From Vampirovibrio sp. (GTDB lineage Bacteria > Cyanobacteriota > Vampirovibrionia > Vampirovibrionales > JAJTHC01), in assembly GCA_050916035.1 (NCBI GenBank), contig CP050876.1, forward strand, positions 700,727 to 764,726: a stretch of DNA of 64,000 bases, written 5' to 3'. The notes beneath the pieces were generated by a model. That model had not been told where the DNA came from. It saw nothing but the letters and a program-made list of their open reading frames with translations, and ran no database searches. The position numbers and the translations under genes are program-made. Shown piece by piece: positions 54,116 through 63,737 of the stretch (position 1 is its first letter; each line of letters opens with the position of its first letter).

Positions 54116-54574
54116 TTATCGTCCTGAACCGAGTTCAATGGAACGACTGGCCATGGTTTTTAAAATCCCATAGACGGAAAGATTGGCTTCAAACATGCGG
54201 TTGGCCATCAGTGCATCCGCCATATCCACCAAAGGGTTTGCGGTTGACGATTCGACGTAGCCTTTTTCATCTGCCGCAGGGTGATAGGGCATATAAATTT
54301 GAGTGCCTTTAGTCGGGTCGCTTATCGTGCCTGACATGGCCACCCCCGCTTCCCCGAGATGATTGACCGTTCGGGGGTGAACCCCAGAGGCCACCGCATG
54401 GACATTGCCCATTAATTCGGCAAAGGGAACGCTTGCCTGTTGGTTTAAAATCGGGATTTGGCGCTTGTAATTGGGGGTGCCCAAGTTGGCCAAGTTGGTG
54501 GCGTGGACTTGAGCCCGCTGAGAATGGGCCGTCATCCCCGATGAGGAAATGGACATGGCGTTGAAAAGTGTCAT
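54116..54574 (-). CDS. flgC: Flagellar basal-body rod protein FlgC
   Basis: MTLFNAMSISSSGMTAHSQRAQVHATNLANLGTPNYKRQ (rod N-terminal motif), YMPYHPAADEKGYVESSTANPLVDMADALMANRMFEANLSVYGILKTM (C-terminal rod motif). 152 aa. Confidence 0.85.
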   Translation of the reverse strand: MTLFNAMSISSSGMTAHSQRAQVHATNLANLGTPNYKRQIPILNQQASVPFAELMGNVHAVASGVHPRTVNHLGEAGVAMSGTISDPTKGTQIYMPYHPAADEKGYVESSTANPLVDMADALMANRMFEANLSVYGILKTMASRSIELGSGR

Positions 54575-54807
54575 GGTTTAGGGGTTTCCTAATGATTGCA
54601 TAGGGAATCAAGCGTGTGGGTGGCTTCGGGTGGGGCTGCCTTATTCTCAAGGCGGCTCCTTTATGAAGAGGAGTCAAACCATAGTGGCTTCTTTATTTGC
54701 GTCCCCTTTAAGGAAAGTTTAAGAAAAGTCTCTTGAAAAACATTAACGCTTACGTTAAGCTTTAGGTATGCTTTATACTTAATCTGTTCAATTAAGGAGC
54801 TTCGCTC

Positions 54808-55146
54808 ATGACGACCGTCCAAGACGCCATTGTCCATGTCACGCCTCTCGCCCTTCAAAAAATGAAACAATTGCTTGCGGAACAAGCGCTTTCCGCCATT
54901 CGCTTTAGTGTTTTAGGTGGGGGTTGTGCGGGTTTACAGTATGATATGCATCCCACTGATGAACGATTAGAAGGTGATTTTATTCAGACGGTGGAAGGGG
55001 TGCTCTTATATATTCACCCTGTGGCCGTCGCCTATTTAAAAGGCACGACGGTTGACTATTCGGAAGCCATGGTGGATGGTGGCTTTAAGTTTATTAACCC
55101 CAATGCCAGTAATACCTGTGGTTGTGGAACCTCTTTTGGAATTTAG
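54808..55146 (+). CDS. erpA: IscA/ErpA/HesB-family iron-sulfur cluster insertion protein
   Basis: IRFSVLGGGCAGLQYDM and C-terminal NPNASNTCGCGTSFGI. Confidence 0.85.
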   Translation: MTTVQDAIVHVTPLALQKMKQLLAEQALSAIRFSVLGGGCAGLQYDMHPTDERLEGDFIQTVEGVLLYIHPVAVAYLKGTTVDYSEAMVDGGFKFINPNASNTCGCGTSFGI

Positions 55147-55177
55147 ATATTTTAATAACACAGAAGGATAAAAACGC

Positions 55178-55417
55178 ATGGCGACTTTGCTTGATTTGGT
55201 TAAAATTCAAGAAGTTCTAGATACCTTACGCCCTTATTTACAGGCCGATGGCGGAGATGTTGAATTGGTCGATGTGACGGATGAAGGCGTGGTGCAAGTC
55301 CGTTTACAAGGGGCGTGTGGGACTTGTCCTTCTTCCACCTATACCCTTAAAATGGGGATTGAAGAACAGCTGAAGGCACATGTGCCTGGCGTGACCGAAG
55401 TGATTTCCGTCGCGTAG
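55178..55417 (+). CDS. NifU C-terminal-domain (Nfu-type) Fe-S scaffold protein
   Basis: [24 protein letters not shown]...[24 protein letters not shown] (CxxC). Confidence 0.85.
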   Translation: MATLLDLVKIQEVLDTLRPYLQADGGDVELVDVTDEGVVQVRLQGACGTCPSSTYTLKMGIEEQLKAHVPGVTEVISVA

Positions 55418-55426
55418 TAAGAGGTA

Positions 55427-55921
55427 TTAAGCTAAGCCAGGTGGGGGTGCTGCGTTAAAATTAGTTAAGGTGACTCCTGCAGGGGTTGCATTATTGGTGG
55501 GAACGAGGGGAACGGTATCCGTAATCAGGAGCTTTCCACTAACGAGGTTACGGTTGATGTTGTTTTGAATGGCTTGATTCGCTTGTCCTACAGTTTGGGG
55601 CATGAAAAGGGAAGTCAAACTTGTGTTGGCGTTGGGCAGTACGGGATCCGGAATGGGGCTAATGCTGGGCAAAGGAAGCTGATTAAACGTTTGCAAGGCC
55701 GTGTTTGCAGAAGAAGATTGTTTCCCGACTAATTTTTCAAAAATAGAAGATCCTAGTGTCGCATCAGACGGCGTGTCAGGTGCCGTGGTTTTTGGGCTTA
55801 GATTGCTAGGCGTCTGCTTTTTCGGGGTGTCTGTTTCGGAAGCTTCTGTTTTGGTGGAAGAGCTTGAGGAACTGACGGTGTTCCAAGAAACCTTGGCAGA
55901 GGGGAGTCCAGAGAGAGTCAT
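55427..55921 (-). CDS. Hypothetical S/T/P-rich low-complexity protein (164 aa)
   Basis: ORF only; the composition suggests a disordered protein. No motifs. Confidence 0.4.
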   Translation of the reverse strand: MTLSGLPSAKVSWNTVSSSSSSTKTEASETDTPKKQTPSNLSPKTTAPDTPSDATLGSSIFEKLVGKQSSSANTALQTFNQLPLPSISPIPDPVLPNANTSLTSLFMPQTVGQANQAIQNNINRNLVSGKLLITDTVPLVPTNNATPAGVTLTNFNAAPPPGLA

Positions 55922-55951
55922 AATAAAGTATCCATGAGATTGTTACCAATT

Positions 55952-56090
55952 AAACGATTAAATGTCGTGTGGTCTCTTCGTTGTCGCTACAATTTTTTTG
56001 TGCAGTTATGTACGTCTGTGTACACGCTTTTACAAAAAAATAGAGGCTCCTAGAATAGCCTGACACCCTATTCACTCGTTTAAACGGTAT
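55952..56090 (-). repeat. Right arm of the ~138-bp mosaic inverted repeat
   Basis: aggctcctagaata (56044-56057), tcttcgttgtcgctac (55975-55990), gttatgtacgtctgtgtacac (56005-56025), aaacgattaaat (55952-55963), cgtttaaacggtat (56077-56090). These are reverse complements of the left-arm blocks. Confidence 0.75.
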
Positions 56091-56206
56091 GAGTTGGGGT
56101 AAAAGATCAAAAGAGTTTGACTTACCTTAATAAAACAATCAAAAAGATACTTATTGCCCAATTGTAATCTTTCGTTACGATAAGCGAAAGATAATCGTTC
56201 GTATGC

Positions 56207-57238
56207 TTAGACGGAAGTGAGAATGGTTTTCTGTTCTTGAGAGTCTCTCCACCAGCAGAGCAATGAAGAGGCAATGGCAATAGAGGAATAGGCGCCAATT
56301 AAAATACCAAGTCCCATGCACAGCACAAGGTTTTGCGTGCTTTCTCCACCAAAGAAATACAGCGTGCTTAAAGGCAGTAAGGCGGTTAAAGAGGTATTTA
56401 AAGAACGCGCCAAGGTTTGATTGATGGAGACATTCACCACTTCCGTGAAGGGCTTTTTTTGAGAATACATCAGTCGGCTATTTTCGCGTAAGCGGTCAAA
56501 GACCACAATAGTATCGTGCACACTAAAGCCAATGACGGTTAAAATCCCTGTAATAAAAAGACTGTCGACCGTCACGTTAGCGAAGTATCCCATGCCTGCA
56601 AAGACCCCTAAGACAATGACGGTGTCATGCACTAAAGCGATTAAGGCACAAAGGGCGTAATCCAACTGAAAACGATAGCTCAGGTACCCTGTAATCAATA
56701 AATACGCCAGTCCTAAGGCCAGTAAGGCATTGCTTAAGAGTTCTTTGGCCAAGGTGGGACCTACCGTATTGCGTTGTACCAATTCAAACGCGCCTACTTG
56801 GGCTTTGAGTGTGCGGTCTAAATGACGGACTTCTGCCGAATCCAGCATGGGACTTCGTACGGAAAGGAGGCTCCCTTGGGCTTTATTTTTACCTTGAATC
56901 GGTTCTTGCACTTGTAATAGAATTTCTTCAAAGCCTTCGGCTTTTAAGGCCTCGGTAATGGGGGGTAAGTCTTTTTGAGTGAGTGTTTTGCTGCTGTGGA
57001 GTTCGGTCAGGGTGCCTCCCACAAAATCAATGCCCAGTTTAAGGGGGGAATGCGTGGGGGTTTGGGCGATATTTAAACCCATAAAAACCAAACCAGGGAC
57101 CATCATCGCCACTGCAATCCACAAATAAAGGCTACGGTATTTGACAATGTCAATAATATATCTCACCGTCGCCACGGGGCTTGTGGGAACGGAAGGGGCG
57201 GGGACTTGGGGGGAGCTTTCTAAAGTGCTACTCATCAT
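56207..57238 (-). CDS. secF: Protein translocase subunit SecF
   Basis: LGIDFVGGT, periplasmic domain, then GYFANVTVDSLFITGILTVIGFSVHDTIVVFDRLREN. Confidence 0.9.
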   Translation of the reverse strand: MMSSTLESSPQVPAPSVPTSPVATVRYIIDIVKYRSLYLWIAVAMMVPGLVFMGLNIAQTPTHSPLKLGIDFVGGTLTELHSSKTLTQKDLPPITEALKAEGFEEILLQVQEPIQGKNKAQGSLLSVRSPMLDSAEVRHLDRTLKAQVGAFELVQRNTVGPTLAKELLSNALLALGLAYLLITGYLSYRFQLDYALCALIALVHDTVIVLGVFAGMGYFANVTVDSLFITGILTVIGFSVHDTIVVFDRLRENSRLMYSQKKPFTEVVNVSINQTLARSLNTSLTALLPLSTLYFFGGESTQNLVLCMGLGILIGAYSSIAIASSLLCWWRDSQEQKTILTSV

Positions 57239-57245
57239 GAGAGGA

Positions 57246-58478
57246 TTATCCTTTTGAAAATGTCATACGGGGGCGAGTGTCTGCCCCTAAGGCCAATTCT
57301 AAAATGGTACGGGTGACGGTGAGTGCCGTAAACATACTGACGGCCACACCGAGTGCGAGGGTGACGGCAAAGCCTTTGACGGATCCCGTTCCCAAGCCCC
57401 ATAAGACGGCACAGGTAATGAGCGTGGTGAAATTAGAATCCAAAATGGAAGGGAGGGCGCGATCAAAGCCTAAGGCAATGGCTTTTTTAAAGGCCTTGCC
57501 TTGTGCCAGTTCTTCTTTGCTTCGTTCGAAAATCAGGATGTTGGCATCCACCGCCATCCCAATAGATAAAATAAAACCTGCAATGCCTGCCAAGGTAAAG
57601 GTGACACCAACAAGCATTAAAACCGCATAACTCAGCAACGTATAAGCCACCAAGCCCACATTCGCCACTAGCCCTAATTTGCGGTAGTAGCCGATCATAA
57701 AGACCAAGACGGCCAGTAAACCTGCGATCCCTGCATTCAGGCTCTGTTTGAGTGAATTTTCACCTAATAAGGCCCCGACCGTACTTTCTTCAATGACATT
57801 GACATTGACCGGCAAGGCCCCTGCATTGAGGGTATCGACAATGCTTTTGGCTTCTTCTTCTTCAAAGTCTCCTTTAATCATACCAGAGCCTGATAAAATA
57901 GGATTGTCAATATAGGGGTCTGAGATTAATACTCCATCAAAAAAGATGCCTAGTTTTTGTTTCGTTTGGTGCAATTCGGTTGTGACTTTAGCAAACTTTT
58001 CTGCCCCTGCATTGGTAAGTTCAAAGGCAACTACCCAACCTCTCGAGTTTTGATCCGAATTTTGATCCAAACGAGCAGATTTCAAATCACGACCCGACAC
58101 ACCTGAAGGAGACCAGCCTCCATTGTGTTCCCGTTTAAACTCCAACAAGCCGACTTTGCCGAGCTGGTTTTTTGCCTCTTCAGGGTCTTTAATCCCCGGA
58201 ATTTCGACCAATAATCGGTTCGCGCCTGATTTTTGTACAATGGCTTCAGACACCCCAAATTTGTTGACGCGTTGTTCAATCACCATTTGTAAGCTGTCCA
58301 TGACGGAAGGGGTAATCTGCGGAACTTGGGCATTGGCTTGGGCTTCTAAGGTGAGGCGTGTGCCACCTTTGAGATCAAGGCCTAAATGGGGACTATGCTT
58401 CGCGGCATAAAAACCTGCCCCTGCGAGTAGAATCAGTAAAATTAAAAATTTGAGTTGTGGGGTTTTAGAAGCAGACAT
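57246..58478 (-). CDS. secD: Protein translocase subunit SecD
   Basis: The ATG at 58478 gives MSASKTPQLKFLILLILLAGAGFYAAK. LGLDLKGGT, then ILSIGMAVDANILIFERSKEEL. Confidence 0.9.
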   Translation of the reverse strand: MSASKTPQLKFLILLILLAGAGFYAAKHSPHLGLDLKGGTRLTLEAQANAQVPQITPSVMDSLQMVIEQRVNKFGVSEAIVQKSGANRLLVEIPGIKDPEEAKNQLGKVGLLEFKREHNGGWSPSGVSGRDLKSARLDQNSDQNSRGWVVAFELTNAGAEKFAKVTTELHQTKQKLGIFFDGVLISDPYIDNPILSGSGMIKGDFEEEEAKSIVDTLNAGALPVNVNVIEESTVGALLGENSLKQSLNAGIAGLLAVLVFMIGYYRKLGLVANVGLVAYTLLSYAVLMLVGVTFTLAGIAGFILSIGMAVDANILIFERSKEELAQGKAFKKAIALGFDRALPSILDSNFTTLITCAVLWGLGTGSVKGFAVTLALGVAVSMFTALTVTRTILELALGADTRPRMTFSKG

Positions 58479-58613
58479 GAAGCGTCCCTTATTATCTAAA
58501 TTAAAGTGAAAAACAGTGATGACAATCACGCTTATTTAAGTGATGTGTCTTCTATTATACATGAATTTTTCGATTCTTCTGTGCTATATTGAAAAAAAGT
58601 CTTCGTAGATTTT

Positions 58614-59759
58614 GTGGTAAACGCTTTTATGTCAAGCACTGCTCCTTATACCCTTTATTTAGATGCGGAATGTTTTGTTCGCCCTTTTGGGGGGGTGGCC
58701 AAGGCCACTTGGCACTTGTATAACGCGTTTTGCCCGCGCTATGCGGATCAATTCAAGGTGGTGGCTGTAAGACGGCCTGAACCTTACCAGCAGCCTTTAC
58801 CCCAAGGGATGCATGACTGCGTTTTGGGCTGGGGTCCACTGCGGGATTTATGGCGAGCAAGCACCTTGCCACCTTTTCTTTGGATGCCCCCTCTCCCTCA
58901 CATGCACTTTCCCAATAATGGAAGAATTCCCGTCGGTATTCCGAGAGGTAAAGCCATTACGACCTTGCATGATGTTTTACCTTTAGAAGTGGAAGGTTAC
59001 TTAAGCCCTGAAAAAGAGGCGCGTTACCGACGCAAAACGCAACGTTATATCGACCAATCCGCCATGGTGATGACGGTGTCCGCGTATTCGAAGGCACAAA
59101 TTTTAAGACATTTTACCATGACGAAAGACTTGGTGGTGATTCCCAATGCCCCGACGCTTCCCCCGCGTCCCCGCGAAACAGCCTTGTCTTTAGAAGAAAC
59201 GAAACCTTATTTTTTGTATACGGGCCGTTATGAAGCCCGTAAAGGGATTGATGTTGCCATTGAAGCTTTTTTGGCTTTGCATGAATCGGGACGTTCGCAA
59301 ACCCCTTTATGGATGACGGGGAAAGCGAAGTACTATAACGCCGACTTTGAACGCTTGGTGAAACGGGCCACTGAAAAAGGCGTGGTGAAAGAACTCGGTT
59401 ATGTGAGTGATGAACGCTTGGCGACCTTGATGCATGAAAGTCGAGGGTTGGTCTATTTGTCTCGTTCTGAAGGTTTTGGCTTGCCTCCTTTAGAAGCCAT
59501 GAACCAAGCCTGTCCTGTGATTACAACGGCATTGACGGCGATGCCTGAAGCGTGTGGGGATGCAGTTTACTATGTAAATCCAGATGACTTAGCAGCCGTT
59601 GAAAATGCGATTCTTCTCTTGGACCGCGATGCCACGTTGCGCCAGACTTTCATTGAAAAAGGCTTTGAGCAAGCCAAACGTTTTTCGTGGGAGGCGTCTG
59701 CGGATTTATTTGCCGCGGCCTTACGTCGTGAAGTCTTTGATAAAGGGAGTTCTACTTGA
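58614..59759 (+). CDS. GT-B glycosyltransferase (family 4-like)
   Basis: YTGRYEARKGID, LVYLSRSEGFGLPPLEAM (EX7E region). Start could be the ATG at 58629. Confidence 0.8.
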   Translation: MVNAFMSSTAPYTLYLDAECFVRPFGGVAKATWHLYNAFCPRYADQFKVVAVRRPEPYQQPLPQGMHDCVLGWGPLRDLWRASTLPPFLWMPPLPHMHFPNNGRIPVGIPRGKAITTLHDVLPLEVEGYLSPEKEARYRRKTQRYIDQSAMVMTVSAYSKAQILRHFTMTKDLVVIPNAPTLPPRPRETALSLEETKPYFLYTGRYEARKGIDVAIEAFLALHESGRSQTPLWMTGKAKYYNADFERLVKRATEKGVVKELGYVSDERLATLMHESRGLVYLSRSEGFGLPPLEAMNQACPVITTALTAMPEACGDAVYYVNPDDLAAVENAILLLDRDATLRQTFIEKGFEQAKRFSWEASADLFAAALRREVFDKGSST

Positions 59760-61153
59760 TGATGCCTGTGGCGATGCCGATTAAATCCCCTGACTCTTCT
59801 TCTGATTCTCCGCCCCTTGAAGTGTCTATTTTTAAGAACCGTTCTTTTATGGCCTTGTGGTGGTCTCAAGTCTTGTCACAATTAGCAGACCGCATTATTT
59901 TTGTGGTCTTTGTGACTTATTTGACGCATGTGTATGGGGGAGATGAACGACTGACGAGTTATCTTTATGTCGCGTTTACGATTCCTGCGATTTTATTAAC
60001 CGCCATGGCGGGTGTTTTTGTGGATCGTTGGCCGCGACGCTTGACCTTAGTGGTGATTAATGTGTTGCGAGGCGTCTTGGTTTTTTCCTTGCCTTGGATG
60101 GCGCATGCAGGCATTGGTTACTTATATACCTTGGCGTTTTTATTGTCTGCCGTCACCCAATTTTTTGTGCCTGCCGAATCCGCCACCATTCCCACCATTG
60201 TTTCGAAAGATCAATTGCTTTCGGCCAATTCCCTGTTTACTACCACAATGATGGCCAGTGTGATTGTGGGCTTTGCCTTGGGGGACCCCTTGATTGAAGT
60301 CATGGGCTTGGCAGAGGTTCATTGGGCCTTGAGTCTTTTGTTTATTTTGGCCGCGGTGGCCTTGTTTGATTTGCGTTTGGACCGAAATATTGCCTTGACG
60401 GAACGGGTTGATCCAACGAAGCCTCGTTACTTTGGGGATAGCCTTCGTCGATTTTCAAGTGAACTGAAAGAAGGGTTTACCTATATTCGAACCCATACGA
60501 CCGTTTGGCATGCCATGGCGAAATTGGCCTTGTTATTTTCGGCCGTGGTGGCCTTATGTATTTTATCTATTACCTTTGCCAAAGCCTTTTTGTATACGGA
60601 TCCCACTTTAGCGGCGCGTAAATTTTCTTATATCGTTGCCAGTGCAGGCGTCGGTATGGCGCTGGGGGCGATTGGGGTGAGTCAAGGATTGAAGCAGGTG
60701 CCTGCGCCTTTTATTGTCTATGGGGGGATGCTCTTGTTGAGTATGGGACTAGCTGCAATGGTGCTTGTGCCACAGGTCTTTCCTGATTTGGCGTCTCTAG
60801 GGGTGAGTGTTTCTCTTTCTAAGGGGCTCCCGCCTTTGGTGTTGACGGATCGTATGATTTGGACGTATGTAGCCAATTTAATGATGGGACTGGGGGCTGC
60901 AGGGGTGGCGATTCCCTTACAAGCCTTTTTACATGATTGTATTCCTGAAGCCATACGCGGTAAAGTCTTAGGGGTTCAGTTTACCTTATTGTCTACCAGT
61001 TCGACTTTGCCCGCTTTGATTGCAGGACTGAGCGCTCACTTTTTAGGTGTACAGATGATGATGACCCTTTTGGCTCTGCCCTTTTTGGCTTGGGGAGTCT
61101 ACGGTCTGTATTTAATCATATTTAAAAAAATGCGGTCCTTTCATCCTCTTTGA
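59756..61153 (+). CDS. MFS transporter
   Basis: 465 aa, about 12 predicted TM segments, FVDRWPRR loop motif after TM2. ATGA-type overlap with the glycosyltransferase gene. Confidence 0.75.
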   Translation: MMMPVAMPIKSPDSSSDSPPLEVSIFKNRSFMALWWSQVLSQLADRIIFVVFVTYLTHVYGGDERLTSYLYVAFTIPAILLTAMAGVFVDRWPRRLTLVVINVLRGVLVFSLPWMAHAGIGYLYTLAFLLSAVTQFFVPAESATIPTIVSKDQLLSANSLFTTTMMASVIVGFALGDPLIEVMGLAEVHWALSLLFILAAVALFDLRLDRNIALTERVDPTKPRYFGDSLRRFSSELKEGFTYIRTHTTVWHAMAKLALLFSAVVALCILSITFAKAFLYTDPTLAARKFSYIVASAGVGMALGAIGVSQGLKQVPAPFIVYGGMLLLSMGLAAMVLVPQVFPDLASLGVSVSLSKGLPPLVLTDRMIWTYVANLMMGLGAAGVAIPLQAFLHDCIPEAIRGKVLGVQFTLLSTSSTLPALIAGLSAHFLGVQMMMTLLALPFLAWGVYGLYLIIFKKMRSFHPL

Positions 61154-61264
61154 AGAAGAAAAACGCATCCTTATAAAAAGAGACGCCTGTGGGACGCCTC
61201 TTCCTTGAATGATATCAAGTATTTACGATACCTAAAGCGTTACGCTTAGGTGCATTAAAGGGGA

Positions 61265-61504
61265 TTAGGCACCAAACAATACTTTGTTTAGCGCAACCGT
61301 ATTGCCCGTACTGGCCACTTTTTGAACTGAAACGGCATCAACTTTCCGGTTGTTGACGGTAAAGCTGTCGCCTGCTTTGTGGTTTTTATTGTACTGGCTG
61401 GCGGCGACTTTAACGGCTGTCACATTTTTGTTAGCCATGTCTTGTCCACTACGTTGGGTTACGCTAGGGGTGAATAACGCCCGATTGAGTCTAAGATCCA
61501 TCAC
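61265..61504 (-). CDS. Small hypothetical protein (79 aa, or 57 aa from MANKNV)
   Basis: ORF only; isolated between MFS and GT2-like genes. Confidence 0.35.
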   Translation of the reverse strand: MMDLRLNRALFTPSVTQRSGQDMANKNVTAVKVAASQYNKNHKAGDSFTVNNRKVDAVSVQKVASTGNTVALNKVLFGA

Positions 61505-61624
61505 ATACTTCCTTTTAAATAATAAAGGTATACATTTGGGAAAACATCTAAAAATTAAGAATCAAATTTAAAAAACCTTCCCATCCTATTCTAAAAAGAA
61601 GTGCATACTTATGCAAGCTTTTTG

Positions 61625-63373
61625 TTAAGTAAGGGGTTGGGGAATACGGGCGTCCCACGCTTGCTTTTGAAAGGCATATTGGGCACGATCGGTGTGAAAG
61701 CTACAGGGCATGGCTAGCACATTGAGTGTCGCCATGGCTTGATCGAGATGTTGTGACGGTTCAGCTTCACGTAAGCAAAGGCCTTGTTGAGGTCCTACGC
61801 TTTTTTCTGGCTGAGGGACATGCCAGTAGGCGCAATTACCGCAGGTTTTAGGCTGAATTTGATAATGGGCCAGCCGAGTACTAAGTTCAGAAAAGGCGTC
61901 TTCTAAAGAAGGGTGATAAGTAGTGGTCACTTGTTGGCGTTTGTAATGGAGTGTTAAGGCATAGATCAAACCTTGACGCGACCGTTGAAGGTCGACTAAA
62001 ACCGTGCCCAGAATTTCTTGTGAAGCAAAACGTAGTAAGAGCGGTAAGGTGGTATCCAAGGTGTGATGCTTTGAAGGCGTACTAAGGGCTTTTATATTCG
62101 AAGAGAAAAGTGGAGTGCTTACCCCTGAAGGAGCGTGTTTAGAAAAAGAAAAGGGCTTTTGGGGAAGGGACATATTATTTTTCAGTTTTTCTAAGGCCCC
62201 TAAAATCAGGGCAATGGGTAGGGCAAAGAGTTCTAAGAACATTGCCGTGGTGACGATGACGGTGGTGCCTAGCCAATCCTGCCAGCGGATGCGGGCAACG
62301 GCTAAGGTAGTCAACCAAATGAAGGTTTGCAGCCCTGCGAGGACAAACCACGTCGTCGATGCTCCCCATAGGGAGGGGGCTTCGCTTTGCGCGACTTGAA
62401 TTCCCATACCCACCAGTATTAATAGTTTGAACATAGGGTTATGAGGAAATAGGGCCATACGTTGTTCTAATTCTCGAGGAGGAGCTAAACGCATAAAACG
62501 AAGGACTAATCCTATGCTTGCCTGCTTAATGGCGTGGACTTGCTCCAAAACGTGTTCAAATAGGTCGGGGTAATCTCGTTGGTAGACAATCATTTGCGGG
62601 ACCCAGCGTACGAGTAGTCCTGCTTGATTAAGGGTGATGGACCACGGTGCAAATCCTAAGTGTTCATCATACTGAATCGGGAACCGCTCTAAAATGCTCG
62701 GTTTAAAGGCAAAGCCACTGCTTCGAAATAAAAGCCCTAATCCCCCATGAGAGCGTCCCACACTTTGAATGCGAGAGTGTAAGCGGGTGAGAATCCCTAG
62801 ACTACGACTCAGCAGTCCTTCTCCAAAATCTCGGTGCGCGATATAGCCTTGATAGACGTCATATTGATACGCCATAGAAGCCGTCTGGCTTAAAAAATCA
62901 GGCTTAATTAAGTCGTGGGGATTCAAGTAAATAATTAAATCGCTGCGGTGTGTGGAGAAAAACCGATGGAGGCCCCATTGTAAAATAGCTTCTTTAGAGC
63001 CATAAGTAGAGGGAGGCGCCTCTAACCACTTGAAATTTTGAAGGCCTTCGGATTTGGACACTTCCGCGGCGTGAGGGAAAGCAGACAAGGCCACCCACAA
63101 GACTTTAGTGGGGTCATAGGTCTGAGCTTTTCCACAGGTTAATAAATCCATTAACGCTTTTGCATCATCATCATTTTGAAGCACAATCAAGACAGCGATT
63201 TCAAAATCATTTCGCTGAATAGGCGTATGACGAATTAAATCATGGCGACGTCCTTGTTCTGCGCAGTACAGTACCCAAAAGGCGCGAAAACTCCATAAAG
63301 CAGCTAGGGCATAAAGCATTAAATCCGTAGGGAAAAGTAAAGGGTACATCATGCATATCCTTATTGAAAGCAC
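61625..63373 (-). CDS. Membrane GT2-like glycosyltransferase with a C-terminal Cys-rich soluble domain
   Basis: N-terminal TM, then a GT-A-like core (IAVLIVLQNDDD; DLIIYLNPHDL; SSGFAFK), 3-4 TM segments around residues 320-400, and a tail with KTCGNCAYWH...GLCLRE...MPCSFH. Confidence 0.5.
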   Translation of the reverse strand: MLSIRICMMYPLLFPTDLMLYALAALWSFRAFWVLYCAEQGRRHDLIRHTPIQRNDFEIAVLIVLQNDDDAKALMDLLTCGKAQTYDPTKVLWVALSAFPHAAEVSKSEGLQNFKWLEAPPSTYGSKEAILQWGLHRFFSTHRSDLIIYLNPHDLIKPDFLSQTASMAYQYDVYQGYIAHRDFGEGLLSRSLGILTRLHSRIQSVGRSHGGLGLLFRSSGFAFKPSILERFPIQYDEHLGFAPWSITLNQAGLLVRWVPQMIVYQRDYPDLFEHVLEQVHAIKQASIGLVLRFMRLAPPRELEQRMALFPHNPMFKLLILVGMGIQVAQSEAPSLWGASTTWFVLAGLQTFIWLTTLAVARIRWQDWLGTTVIVTTAMFLELFALPIALILGALEKLKNNMSLPQKPFSFSKHAPSGVSTPLFSSNIKALSTPSKHHTLDTTLPLLLRFASQEILGTVLVDLQRSRQGLIYALTLHYKRQQVTTTYHPSLEDAFSELSTRLAHYQIQPKTCGNCAYWHVPQPEKSVGPQQGLCLREAEPSQHLDQAMATLNVLAMPCSFHTDRAQYAFQKQAWDARIPQPLT

Positions 63374-63737
63374 CTTGAAAGTATAAAAGAAACCGTTTCT
63401 TTTGGCTAGGGGAAGACTTTTCTGTGGGGACTCTTTTTCAGAAGTCTTTCCTTCATTTGGAGGAAAACACGCAAGTTAAAGCGTATAGAAACCGATACGT
63501 GCCTTGTAGCAAGATTTCTTTTTTGTAAAACAAACGGACGGCTGTTTTTGAAAAAGGGGAAAAATCTTGTCGCAAGGATGCAACACGATAATACAAGGAT
63601 GTCTTTTTTTAGTATATTTTCAAGCCTTTATTTTTCGGGACATTGTTTTAAAAACTCAATGCGACTGAAAATAGGTGCGGTTCGAGACTATGCAGAAAGA
63701 TTGAGATCCTAAATCAAGGAAGATAAAGGAACCATTT

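Noticed and set aside
54309-54885. ORFs 54309-54677 and 54661-54885 (minus) as a possible flgB upstream of flgC
   Set aside because: The first is an alternative frame overlapping flgC with a Pro/Gly/Arg-rich junk-like sequence. The second overlaps the erpA start on the opposite strand. Neither has the rod-protein N-terminal (ANLAN) or C-terminal motifs.
63541-63737. Sigma-28 promoter (TAAA-N15-GCCGATAA) upstream of flagellin
   Set aside because: The best -10-like match is cacgataa (about 63583-63590), but no TAAA lies at the correct spacing. This is too weak to annotate.
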